A stretch of DNA of 64,000 bases, from positions 4,909-68,908 of the forward strand of contig JAGCCX010000049.1 of assembly GCA_017651465.1 (NCBI GenBank), written 5' to 3'. Under the pieces are notes generated by a model. It was not told the DNA's origin. It searched no databases and worked only from the letters and a program-made list of their open reading frames with translations. Shown piece by piece: positions 50,002-59,008 of this stretch; position 1 is the first letter of the stretch, and each line of letters starts with the position of its first letter. Source of the stretch: Bacteroidales bacterium (GTDB lineage Bacteria; Bacteroidota; Bacteroidia; Bacteroidales; UBA932). The translations under genes were made by a program, and so were the position numbers.

Positions 50002-51804
50002 CTAGTAACCGGGGTTCTGGTCTTCTTGATTGATTTTAGGGTTGGTGCGAATTTCCGTGTCGGGCAATGGCCAGAGTTCGTCCTTGCCTGTCTGGAAGAA
50101 CATGTTGATAAGCACCCTGAGGTTGAAGTCCTTGCCGTCCCAAGTCTGGGCCGGGTCGTACGAAACGGTCCAGTTCTCGTCGATGGTCGGCTTGGCGTTG
50201 GAGAGATTGTTCTTGAATGCGGGAGCGTATTGCGGTCCGTTGACCACCTTGGCTGCAAGCGGCCTGCCGTCGGAGAGTTTCCAGCGGCGGATATCGAACC
50301 AGCGAAAGCCTTCGGCACAGAGTTCGACGGTGCGCTCGTAACGCAGAGCGCTGCGGAGTTCCGCCCTGTCGAGAGTAGTGATCTTAGGCATCTTTACCCT
50401 CTGTCGTATCTGATTGATATCGCTCTGGGCCCTCTTCAAGTCGCCTCCGTTCATTTCGATATTAGCCTCGGCGTCGATGAGGAGCAGCTCGGCGTAGCGC
50501 ATTATGCACACGTCAAGGTCGTCCTCATAGCTGGTGGTGAGGGTCTCGCCGTAGTAGGCTTTATCGGCGAACTTGCGCCACAAATAGCCTCCGGGGCCCT
50601 TGGTTCCGTTGGGTCCGTACTCGCTCTTGTTACCATAGACGTCGTTGTTGTTGACCATGGCGTTGGTGTTATAGTCCCTGACCTGCTTGGCGTTGGGGTC
50701 GGTGCTGTACTCAACATTGTTTATACGGGTATCGGAACGCAGGCAGTACAGGTCGAGACGCGGATCCCTGTGGTTCCAAGGGTCCTGCCAGTTGTACAGA
50801 GGTGACTCGGTGATGGACTTGCCGTCGGTGCATTGGAAAGTGTCCATAAGCGCCTGTGAAGGACCGCAGCCGGCGGCGCCGTTGGCAACACGGGAGGAGT
50901 ATGTGTACACCATGGAGTGCACGTTGGAAGCTGCCAGTTTGTTGTATTGGATGGCCCACATCCACTCGTCGCAGGTTTCTCCCTCAAAGCCGAAGAGTTC
51001 GGAAGCGGAGGGCTCTCCCTCAGTTAGGGCGTTGGGATAATAGGTGCAGTCAAGGGGCTCGAGAGTATAAACACCTTCGGAGAGTTCCATCGCTTTGCTC
51101 GAATACTTGGCGGCCTCGGCATAGCGTCCCCAGTTGAGGCAGATACGTGCCTTGAGGGTGTAAGCGGCAGCACGTCCGATACGGCAGGAGCCCCACTTGG
51201 CCTTCTCCCAGCGAACCGGAAGGGCGTCCAACAGGTCGTCGTCCATTTCTTCGAGGATACGGTTGATTACCTGCTCCCTGGGAGTACGCGGGTATGCGTA
51301 GTCTTCCAGTGTAAGGCAGTGGTCTATGAAAGGAATATCGCCATAGAACTGGCAGCCCATATCATAGATATATGCCCTCAGGCACAGGAGTTCGGCCTTG
51401 AACTGCAGGTACGTTTCCTCGGACATCTTATCCTTGATGTCGTCGAGCTTGTCTAGTACCAGATGTATACGTCCGGCAGTCTTGTAGATGCGGCCGTACA
51501 GGTATGTGGCATCGCTGTTGGTCTGTGTGAGGGTGGACGTGACAAAGTAGTCCCAGCTACGCAGGCCCACGCGGTGAGTGCCGATATCGGTGATGTTGTC
51601 GGTGAAGCGGGTAGGGAAGTTGCTGTACTGCAACTCACTGTTCGCCAAGTTCTTGTAGCTTACCAGAACGCCACTCAGGGCCTCTTCCTCGCTGGCGGGG
51701 AAGGTTCCGGTGGACGGTCCGTTGAGGGGATAGCGTTCCAGGGTTTTGTCGCAAGCGGTCAGCGAGAGGACCGATATCATTATGAGTATAATAATCTTTT
51801 TCAT
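50002..51804 (-). CDS. RagB/SusD-family nutrient uptake outer membrane lipoprotein
   Basis: Lipobox LSLTAC. TPR-like SusD pattern (...RAYIYDMGCQFYGDIPF..., ...RYAELLLIDAEANIEMNG..., ...RYERTVELCAEGFRWFDIRRW). Confidence 0.93.
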   Translation of the reverse strand: MKKIIILIMISVLSLTACDKTLERYPLNGPSTGTFPASEEEALSGVLVSYKNLANSELQYSNFPTRFTDNITDIGTHRVGLRSWDYFVTSTLTQTNSDATYLYGRIYKTAGRIHLVLDKLDDIKDKMSEETYLQFKAELLCLRAYIYDMGCQFYGDIPFIDHCLTLEDYAYPRTPREQVINRILEEMDDDLLDALPVRWEKAKWGSCRIGRAAAYTLKARICLNWGRYAEAAKYSSKAMELSEGVYTLEPLDCTYYPNALTEGEPSASELFGFEGETCDEWMWAIQYNKLAASNVHSMVYTYSSRVANGAAGCGPSQALMDTFQCTDGKSITESPLYNWQDPWNHRDPRLDLYCLRSDTRINNVEYSTDPNAKQVRDYNTNAMVNNNDVYGNKSEYGPNGTKGPGGYLWRKFADKAYYGETLTTSYEDDLDVCIMRYAELLLIDAEANIEMNGGDLKRAQSDINQIRQRVKMPKITTLDRAELRSALRYERTVELCAEGFRWFDIRRWKLSDGRPLAAKVVNGPQYAPAFKNNLSNAKPTIDENWTVSYDPAQTWDGKDFNLRVLINMFFQTGKDELWPLPDTEIRTNPKINQEDQNPGY

Positions 51805-51810
51805 GGCTCC

Positions 51811-54800
51811 TTAGAATTTAATGTCAACTCCGAAGGTATAGGTGGATACCAGAGGATACTTAGCACCTTCAGCACCGGCCTCGACGCCTTCGGTGCTGGT
51901 GGTAAACATATTCTCAGGGTCATAACCCTGCCAGTATTTGGTGAGGGTGAAGAGGTTGGTGGCGTTTGCAAACAGGGTCAGGTTGCTTATCTTTGCCGTC
52001 TTTATCAACTTCTTGGGGAATGTGTAGCTGAGCTGCAGGTTCTTGAGGCGGCAGTACGATGCGTCGGCCATCCAAAAAGACGATGTCTTCTTGTTAAGTT
52101 CGCTTGCATAGCTGAGTCGCGGGAACCTGGCGTCGGGGTTGTCGGGTGTCCAGCGGTCGAGGTGCTCCTTGCGGAAAGTTCCTCCCTGAACGCAAGGCTG
52201 TGTGTAGTAACCGCTGAGGTAAGCGTCCACCTTGCCGACGCCTTGCAGCTGGGCGCTGAGATTGAATCCCTTCCAGCCGAAGCTCAGCACCGCTCCGTAG
52301 GTCCAGCGGGGGATGGTGCTGCCGATGATCTGGCGGTCCTGGTCGTCAATCTTGCCGTCTGGTGCGGGAATCTTGTTGCCCTTGGCGTCGAGTATAAAGT
52401 CTCCGTTAGCATCGACTTTGAATTCACCGGCCACATCCTCGTAGATAAGGTCGCCCGGCTTTGTTTCTACGCCGTATTGCGGGCAGGTCGCATTTATCTG
52501 GTCGGCTTCTTCCTGGCTGCGGGCCATTCCTATGCACTTAAGTGCGTACACCGAACGGACCGCGTAGCCTTCTTCGTTGCGCAGGAGGCTTCCGTCCGCG
52601 GTGCCCTTCATATCGACGATCTGGTTGTGCACGTCGCTCAGGTTGGCGTCTATGCCCCAGCGCCAGTCGCCGATGGAGTCGTGATAGCCGATTCCCAGCT
52701 CCCAGCCTATATTACGTACCGTACCGGCATTCTGGTAAGGGGCCGTAAGTCCTATGGTAGAGGGGATGTCCAGTTGCATCAAGATTCCGTAGGTGTTCTT
52801 GTAGTACCAGTCGGCGGTTATGTCGAATTTGCCGAGCAAGCCTGCGTCGATACCAATGTCATACATCTCCGAGGTCTCCCAGGAAATCTCTTCGTTGGCC
52901 AGGTTGTTCAGACCCACGATGGGATAGATAATGTCGGCCGCAGAAATGCTGGAAATAGTGAGGGACTGGATGGTGGGATAATAGTCTGAGCCGATGTTCT
53001 GGTTACCGAGCTGGCCGTATGAAGCACGTATCTTCAATTCGTTGATAGTCTTCTTGGCGCCTTTCATCCAAGGTTCCTCGGTAATGCGCCAGGCCGCAGA
53101 TGCAGAAGGGAAGATACCCCACTGGCGACCCTTGGCAAATCGGGACGAACCATCGAAACGTATGTTGGCCTCGAAGAGGTAACGCTCTTTGAAATTGTAG
53201 TTCACACGCCCGAAGAAGGACGCCAGCGCCCACTGGTAGCGAGCACCGCTGTTCTCTTTGAGTTCATTGTCGGCACCGGCGTTGATGGTATGGTATTGGG
53301 GATACGCGAAATCGCGTCTGTATGCTTCCAGGGTGCGGTTGTCCATATCCTCATAGGAAGCACCGGCAAGCAGCTGGAAATCGTGGGCCTCGGCGAATTT
53401 CTTGTGAACCTTGGCCGTAAAGAGGTAGTTTCCGTACACGGTGTTGCCGTGGTTGTCGCGCAGGGAGTTGTATTCCCTGTTCTTGATGGGGGACACGGTG
53501 CCGTATGGGTCGGAATAATATGTTACCAGATCGGTAAAGTTATTGGTGTAGCTCAAGGTCAGACGCGGTGCAATCGTGCCCTCGAGGGTAAGCCATTTCC
53601 AAGGCTTCCAGGTAAGAGCCGCTGCACCCGATAGACGGTAGGTGTCGGCAGTCACCTGGCCGCCCAGACCCTCATCCATCATAGGAAGCAGGTTTACCGT
53701 TCCTCCGGTAAATGGGGCGTAAGTACCATTGGACCACTGGGCAAGGAATAGAGGGTCACGTGCGTTCATGAATCCGAAGAAGGAATTCTGGTAAGGGCTG
53801 TATTGCCTGCGGCCGAAACTTCCGGAGAGGTCGAAGCGGAATTCGAGATTCTCGTTGATATCCACGTTCATGTTGTTGCGGAAGTTGTAGCGGTGATAGT
53901 TGGAACTCTTGATGATGCCGTTCTGGCTCAAGAAGCCGAAGCTTGTCAGGGAGCGCACCTTGCCGGAGCTGGCGTTGAGGGTGAGGGTGTGGTTGTGAGT
54001 GAGCCCGTTGCCGTTGAGGGCATGCTGACGCCAGTTGACTATGGGGTAGTTGTCGGGGTCGAGGAAATTATTCTTAAGGTAGTTGGAGATGTATTCATCG
54101 GTGTAGATGGATACGCTCCCGTCGTTTTCCGTGGCCTCGCGGTTCAGAATCATGTAGTCCACTGGTCCTACGGTGTCGGGGGTGGTGGTTGGTGTCTGCC
54201 AGCCCACATAGCCCCTGTATCCTACAGACGAGCGGCCTTTGTCGGCGCGCTTGGTGGTGATCAGGATGACACCGTTGGCGGCACGTGATCCATAGATAGC
54301 CGAGGACGCTGCGTCTTTGAGGACGGAAATCTTGTCAATCTGGCTTGCATCTACCGAATTCATGTTGCCTTCGATACCGTCGATGAGCACCAGAGGTGCG
54401 GGGCTGGACTCGCCGAAGGTCCCGATACCGCGGATGCGGATGTTACCTGTATCGGCACCGGGAGCTCCGCCTCCGGTGGTGACTGTTACGCCAGGAATTG
54501 CACCCTGCAAGGCGGTGGAGGCCTGTACAATAGGCTTGTTGTCAAGCAGCTCGGAGGAAATGGCTCCCACTGCACCGGTCAGGTTGACCTTCTTTTGGGT
54601 GCCATATCCTACCACAACTACATCATCCAGGAATTCGGCGTCGGTTTCCATCGAAATGGTGTACTGGGCATTCTTTCCTACAGTGATTTCCTTGTCTGAA
54701 AAGCCCAGGAACGATACAGTAAGTACGTCTCCTTCCTTGGCTGCGATGGCAAAGCGGCCGTCATTGCTGGTAACCGTGCCGTTTTTTGTGCCCTTGACGA

Positions 54801-55218
54801 ATACCGATGCGCCTGGAAGGGGTTCTCCGTCGGAATCGAATACTGTACCTTGAATAAGCGGCTTCTGCTGCCCTTGTGGCTGTTGTACCTTCGGGTCGGA
54901 AGCAGGAATGTTGCTCAGAACAATGTTGCCTTCTATAAAGGAGGCTTTTACATTGGTTCCGCGGAACACTTCTTCAAGCACTGCGAGCACATCTTTGTCG
55001 CGTGCGTCAATACTGATGCGGCGGTTCTTGTCGAAGGCTGCATCGTTGTAGAAGAAGGTGTATCCGCTCTGCTGCTCGATGGTTTTGAGCACGTCCGAGA
55101 CCTTCTGGCTGTCGGCTCGTACTGAGATTGTGCGCGTCTGTGCAGGCAGGAGGGTGGATACCCCCAGCATACACAGCAGTAGCGCAATCTTTGTCATGAG
55201 TTGATAGGTTCTTCCCAT
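51811..55218 (-). CDS. SusC/RagA-family TonB-dependent receptor with N-terminal STN signalling domain
   Basis: 1135 aa. STN-like region (ISVRADSQKVSDVLKTIEQQSGYTFFYND...), CarboxypepD_reg-like region (GTVFDSDGEPLPGASVFVKGTKNGTVTSNDGRF), plug (VVVGYGTQKKVNLTGAV), and barrel ending ...YTFGVDIKF. Confidence 0.95.
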   Translation of the reverse strand: MGRTYQLMTKIALLLCMLGVSTLLPAQTRTISVRADSQKVSDVLKTIEQQSGYTFFYNDAAFDKNRRISIDARDKDVLAVLEEVFRGTNVKASFIEGNIVLSNIPASDPKVQQPQGQQKPLIQGTVFDSDGEPLPGASVFVKGTKNGTVTSNDGRFAIAAKEGDVLTVSFLGFSDKEITVGKNAQYTISMETDAEFLDDVVVVGYGTQKKVNLTGAVGAISSELLDNKPIVQASTALQGAIPGVTVTTGGGAPGADTGNIRIRGIGTFGESSPAPLVLIDGIEGNMNSVDASQIDKISVLKDAASSAIYGSRAANGVILITTKRADKGRSSVGYRGYVGWQTPTTTPDTVGPVDYMILNREATENDGSVSIYTDEYISNYLKNNFLDPDNYPIVNWRQHALNGNGLTHNHTLTLNASSGKVRSLTSFGFLSQNGIIKSSNYHRYNFRNNMNVDINENLEFRFDLSGSFGRRQYSPYQNSFFGFMNARDPLFLAQWSNGTYAPFTGGTVNLLPMMDEGLGGQVTADTYRLSGAAALTWKPWKWLTLEGTIAPRLTLSYTNNFTDLVTYYSDPYGTVSPIKNREYNSLRDNHGNTVYGNYLFTAKVHKKFAEAHDFQLLAGASYEDMDNRTLEAYRRDFAYPQYHTINAGADNELKENSGARYQWALASFFGRVNYNFKERYLFEANIRFDGSSRFAKGRQWGIFPSASAAWRITEEPWMKGAKKTINELKIRASYGQLGNQNIGSDYYPTIQSLTISSISAADIIYPIVGLNNLANEEISWETSEMYDIGIDAGLLGKFDITADWYYKNTYGILMQLDIPSTIGLTAPYQNAGTVRNIGWELGIGYHDSIGDWRWGIDANLSDVHNQIVDMKGTADGSLLRNEEGYAVRSVYALKCIGMARSQEEADQINATCPQYGVETKPGDLIYEDVAGEFKVDANGDFILDAKGNKIPAPDGKIDDQDRQIIGSTIPRWTYGAVLSFGWKGFNLSAQLQGVGKVDAYLSGYYTQPCVQGGTFRKEHLDRWTPDNPDARFPRLSYASELNKKTSSFWMADASYCRLKNLQLSYTFPKKLIKTAKISNLTLFANATNLFTLTKYWQGYDPENMFTTSTEGVEAGAEGAKYPLVSTYTFGVDIKF

Positions 55219-55225
55219 AGTGTTA

Positions 55226-56245
55226 TTAATAGACGATTATTACTTGGCGGCCGGAGATGTTGTCCGGATCCGCACCCTTTAAGTCGGTGTCGAAGTGTAT
55301 TTTGGTAGTGCGCTTGAAGTGTTCAAGTACCACATCCAGGGTCTGACCGCTGAAAATACCAGTGTAGCGGTTGGACAGCAGGGCTTGGTTGCGCACCAGG
55401 AATTCTATGTTGAAGCGGTTGCCTATGGCCCTCAGGGCATCTTCGAGGCTGGTGTTTTCGAGTATGGTCTTGCCGTCTTTCCAAGCCGTGACTGCGGGGC
55501 CGTCGATGTTGCGCCTGGTTAGCTTGAAAGTTTCGGCGTTGAAGCAGAACTGTTCTCCGGGATTCATCGGCACCGTACGGAAGCGGCCTTCCGCATCGGT
55601 GCAGTGCAACAGTACCGATCCGGATACAAGGGTTGTCCTGACTTCGGGCCCGCGGTCTGAGTAGGCTTCTACGTCGAATTCGGTGCCCGTTACTTCTACC
55701 TGCATATTGCCGGTGCTTACAATAAACTTGCGTCCGTTGTCTTTGGCTACGTCAAAATACGCCTCTCCGTCGAGGGTCACTTCTCGGGTGCTGCCAAAGT
55801 GTATGGGGTAGCTCAGGGTGGAATTGGAGTTCAGCCACACCCTGGTCCCGTCGGGGAGGGTGGTGCTGGTGGTCATACCTACCGTAGATTTAATTTGTAC
55901 AGGAGGCAGGCTGTCTTGCTTACGGATTTCGGACGAGAGCCATATTGTGCTGATGAGCAGAGGGATGCTCAGGATGGCTGCGGCCAGCTTGAGCCAGCCT
56001 AACGCGTTGCGGGTGCGGGTTTGGCGCATCCGGGAATGAATGGCGTGCAGGGCGTTGTCGGTGTCGGCTTTCTCGGAGGCCTCGGCAAGGGAGCACAATT
56101 GCTCGAGCCGAAAAAACTGTTCCGCCATCTTGCGGTTGGCCGTGCTCCGGCATATCCACTCGTCAACCTCCCGGCCTTGCTGCTCCGATACTTCCCCCCT
56201 TGCATAGAGCGGGAGAAGCTCCTGTATTGTTTGGTCGTTTAGCAT
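55226..56245 (-). CDS. FecR-family anti-sigma factor
   Basis: 339 aa with one TM (LKLAAAILSIPLLISTIWL). FecR domain ...LPDGTRVWLNSNSTLSYP...REVTLDGEAYFDV..., and a C-terminal domain typical of Bacteroides PUL anti-sigmas. Confidence 0.9.
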   Translation of the reverse strand: MLNDQTIQELLPLYARGEVSEQQGREVDEWICRSTANRKMAEQFFRLEQLCSLAEASEKADTDNALHAIHSRMRQTRTRNALGWLKLAAAILSIPLLISTIWLSSEIRKQDSLPPVQIKSTVGMTTSTTLPDGTRVWLNSNSTLSYPIHFGSTREVTLDGEAYFDVAKDNGRKFIVSTGNMQVEVTGTEFDVEAYSDRGPEVRTTLVSGSVLLHCTDAEGRFRTVPMNPGEQFCFNAETFKLTRRNIDGPAVTAWKDGKTILENTSLEDALRAIGNRFNIEFLVRNQALLSNRYTGIFSGQTLDVVLEHFKRTTKIHFDTDLKGADPDNISGRQVIIVY

Positions 56246-56305
56246 CTTTTGTGGTCTTGTACAGTATAGACAAACGAAAGACTTGTTACCCTAAACGAAA
56301 ATATA

Positions 56306-56313
56306 TATATTTG
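56306..56313 (+). promoter_or_regulatory. -7 promoter box (TATATTTG) for the PUL ECF sigma gene
   Basis: TAnnTTTG, 20 nt upstream of the ATG at 56334. Confidence 0.5.
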
Positions 56314-56333
56314 TGCAGAACGACTGCTTTTTA

Positions 56334-56873
56334 ATGACCGACGACAATCATCTGTTTTCCCTCGTGCGGACTGGAGACAGGAACGCTTATGACAAGCTGT
56401 TCCGGCGTTGGTACGCCCCTATGGTGTCGTATGCACTGCAATTTGTGCCCCTTGCCGAAGCGGAGAATGTGGTTCAGGACGTTTTCTTCGCCCTGTGGAA
56501 AAACGCCCTGGCCATAGAACTGCGCAGCGGCCTGGCGTCGTATCTGTATTCATCGGTAAAGAACCGCTGCCTGAATGTAATCGACCGCAAGGCCCTGTAT
56601 GAACGCTACAATTCGTCTGTAAGGGCATCGGTGGCGGATGCCGTAACGGATAGGGAACTCTATAGCGTAAGGGAGCTTGGCGCGCGGCTTTCCAAAGCAC
56701 TCGGGGAGCTCACTCCCGAGCAGCGTTCGGCCTTCGAAAAAAGCCGCCGCGACGGGCTTAAGTACGAGCAGATTGCCTCTGAGGAAGGGGTGTCGGTAAA
56801 AACTGTGGAATATCGCATCTCGCAGGCACTCAAAAAATTGCGCCTTGCTCTTGCGGATTACTTGCAGACGTAA
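56334..56873 (+). CDS. ECF sigma-70 factor (Bacteroides PUL-associated type)
   Basis: MTDDNHLFSLVRTGDRNAYDKLFRRWYAPMVSYA... Region 4 is LTPEQRSAFEKSRRDGLKYEQIASEEGVSVKTVEYRISQAL. The ORF-track start at 56313 is GTG, so the first ATG (56334) is taken. Confidence 0.9.
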   Translation: MTDDNHLFSLVRTGDRNAYDKLFRRWYAPMVSYALQFVPLAEAENVVQDVFFALWKNALAIELRSGLASYLYSSVKNRCLNVIDRKALYERYNSSVRASVADAVTDRELYSVRELGARLSKALGELTPEQRSAFEKSRRDGLKYEQIASEEGVSVKTVEYRISQALKKLRLALADYLQT

Positions 56874-58948
56874 GGTCCGAATACCGCCTTTACATTGTAC
56901 TCAAGGTCGGAGTCGTCCAGCACATACACATAATATGAGCCGCCACCGGGGAGTACGCGTATGACAACGTGCCCTTGGGTGGCGGAGAACTTTGATACGT
57001 CCACCCCTTCTCCGGTAAGAGTAGTGACGTTGCTCTCCGCCAAGTTGGTGGTAAATATCTTTACTGACGGGCTGGCGCTGAGCACTCTCTTGATGGTGGC
57101 CGGGTTGGGTTGTACGTCCTGCCACACTCCAGCAATGTACACATCGGGCTTGAGGACTCCCAGCAGCTCGGCGCTGTTGGTGTTCTTGGTGCTGTGGTGG
57201 CTGGCCTTCATCGCCTCCACCTTGGACATAACTTTGGAGATGGGCAGTTCGATGTCTTTCCAACTGTGAGTCGAGCGCCCTGTGAACTGGATGTCGCCGC
57301 CGGCAAACCAGTCAAACTTGCCGTAGCTGAGGTGGAATACGCAGGAGTAGATATTCTCGTTTATGTCCCATTCGACGAGGTTGGCAAGGCACTCCGAAGC
57401 GGGCGGGACGTAATTGGTATTGACCGAGGTGCCGCTGCCGGTCCAGATGTTGCCTCCGGCTGCTATTCCCCTTATTACGAATGACTTGTACGCATCCGGA
57501 AAATGCAGCTGGACCAACTGGTCGGTGCGTCCGACGGCAAAATTCTCGCGTACGGTTCCGAAGTTGCGGGCGCTCCAGTCGAGGAAATTGACGTAATTGG
57601 CGTAGCGTTTCTGGCTGCCCTCGTCGCCGTAGTCCACCGAAGGACGGTCGGACCAGTCGCCACGGTCTATCACCTTGTTGATGGGAATGGACATCCCTAC
57701 GTCGGGCAGCCCGTTCACCACGAATCCGCCGGCGTCAAGGTTGGCGCTGCTCATCGGGCGGCCGTTCTTATCGACAGGCTGCCAGCGGTAGGTGCTGTAG
57801 CCGTTGCGCCAGGCACCTATATGGTCGCCGTGATAATGGGTGGCCAGAAAGTAGTCGATCCTGCCGCCGGCAACCACCGGGGCGAAGTGGCGTATGTAAT
57901 TGACTATCACCTGCCCGCAGCTAATCTCCACACTGGGCTTTGAAGCTATTCCGGAAGTGTATCCATACTCGCTCTGGGGCCCTCCGGCGGCATCTACCAG
58001 CATAGTGGTTCCGTCGGGGAAGATGTAGTAGAACGCCTCGCCCCGGCCTCCGTTAATGCCGTGTATGTCGAGGTAACCCTGACGCCACGCGGGCAGAGGC
58101 TTTCCGAGCGCAACCGACACGGGATTGCCGGGCTCGATGCGCACCGGAGTCATCTTGAGAACCTTGGAGCGTTCTATCCCTATCCTTTTTGCCGATACGG
58201 CCTGGAAGCTCCTTCCGGCATCATCGAAGACCGTGGCGGTAAAGCCCTTTTCGAAAGTGGCAGGAGGGAGGATGAACCAAAATTCCGTTGCATTTTCGGG
58301 CGTATCTCCTACGGCCACGGAAGGGGAGCAGGTGAGCGTAAGCTCGGTAAGGGCGTCCTGAGACAGTACCTGCACCTGGGGCGCTCCGTCGGGGCACAGC
58401 ACCTCCAGGCGGCCGGCGAGCGGCTCGGAATTATTGCCCTGCAGGGTGATGCCCGCCACAGTCCCGGTGCCCCAGAGCCGCAGCACGAGGGCTCCGCACA
58501 AGTTTTTGAATGTCAGATGGTTGCCATCCGTACGGGCCGCCATCGGGCTCGCACCGGGAGCAAAGCCCGGACCGATGTAGGTTTGAGTTGAAGGAAAATC
58601 GATGTTCAGAGCTTCGCCGCTCAGGCTGGTATTTGCGCTGTGCGGATAAACGGCAAAGATTTCTCCGCTTCCGCCTTCACCCTCGCCGATGCTTTCGAAG
58701 GAGCCTTCCTTATCTCCGTCGGCGCCCATAAAACGGTACTCACGGCCTGCCCCTCCGCCTTTGAAAACCGTTATTCTGTCGTCCGCATTCCAGTGCTGCT
58801 TGTATTCGCCGTCGATATAGACCTTAGTGCCGGAAGCCTCCTCGAAGGTTGCCTCGATAATGTCTTTGCTACCGGAGATATCCTGCTGTTTGCTGCAAGC
58901 GGAAAGCAGCAAAAGGGCAGTCGGCAGAATTATTCGGAGCAACTTCAT
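56858..58948 (-). CDS. Surface lipoprotein: fimbrillin-like N-module + ComEC-type metallo-beta-lactamase-fold module
   Basis: Signal MKLLRIILPTALLLLSAC followed by SKQQD. N-module YKQHWNADDRITVF...EGSFES...FAVYPHSA. C-terminal module LPAWRQGYLDIHGINGGRGE...THYHGDHIG...MKASHH...GHVVIRVLPGG...GPYVCK. The longest ORF starts at 58975 (MIKIVSLHV...), but a TATCTTTG box at 58955-58962 lies inside that extension, so the ATG at 58948 is preferred. The 3' end overlaps the sigma gene by 16 nt. Confidence 0.83.
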   Translation of the reverse strand: MKLLRIILPTALLLLSACSKQQDISGSKDIIEATFEEASGTKVYIDGEYKQHWNADDRITVFKGGGAGREYRFMGADGDKEGSFESIGEGEGGSGEIFAVYPHSANTSLSGEALNIDFPSTQTYIGPGFAPGASPMAARTDGNHLTFKNLCGALVLRLWGTGTVAGITLQGNNSEPLAGRLEVLCPDGAPQVQVLSQDALTELTLTCSPSVAVGDTPENATEFWFILPPATFEKGFTATVFDDAGRSFQAVSAKRIGIERSKVLKMTPVRIEPGNPVSVALGKPLPAWRQGYLDIHGINGGRGEAFYYIFPDGTTMLVDAAGGPQSEYGYTSGIASKPSVEISCGQVIVNYIRHFAPVVAGGRIDYFLATHYHGDHIGAWRNGYSTYRWQPVDKNGRPMSSANLDAGGFVVNGLPDVGMSIPINKVIDRGDWSDRPSVDYGDEGSQKRYANYVNFLDWSARNFGTVRENFAVGRTDQLVQLHFPDAYKSFVIRGIAAGGNIWTGSGTSVNTNYVPPASECLANLVEWDINENIYSCVFHLSYGKFDWFAGGDIQFTGRSTHSWKDIELPISKVMSKVEAMKASHHSTKNTNSAELLGVLKPDVYIAGVWQDVQPNPATIKRVLSASPSVKIFTTNLAESNVTTLTGEGVDVSKFSATQGHVVIRVLPGGGSYYVYVLDDSDLEYNVKAVFGPYVCK

Positions 58949-58954
58949 AACGTG

Positions 58955-58962
58955 CAAAGATA
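58955..58962 (-). promoter_or_regulatory. -7 promoter box (TATCTTTG on minus strand) for the 56858..58948 lipoprotein gene
   Basis: The plus strand reads caaagata, 6 nt upstream of the ATG at 58948. Confidence 0.45.
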
Positions 58963-58982
58963 CTATTTTTATCATAATTGTG

Positions 58983-58990
58983 TATCTTTG
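58983..58990 (+). promoter_or_regulatory. -7 promoter box (TATCTTTG) for sORF3 / metallophosphoesterase lipoprotein operon
   Basis: TAnnTTTG, 18 nt upstream of the sORF3 ATG (59009). It sits back to back with the minus-strand box 21 nt away. Confidence 0.5.
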
Positions 58991-59008
58991 AGCATTCTAC
59001 CCACCACA

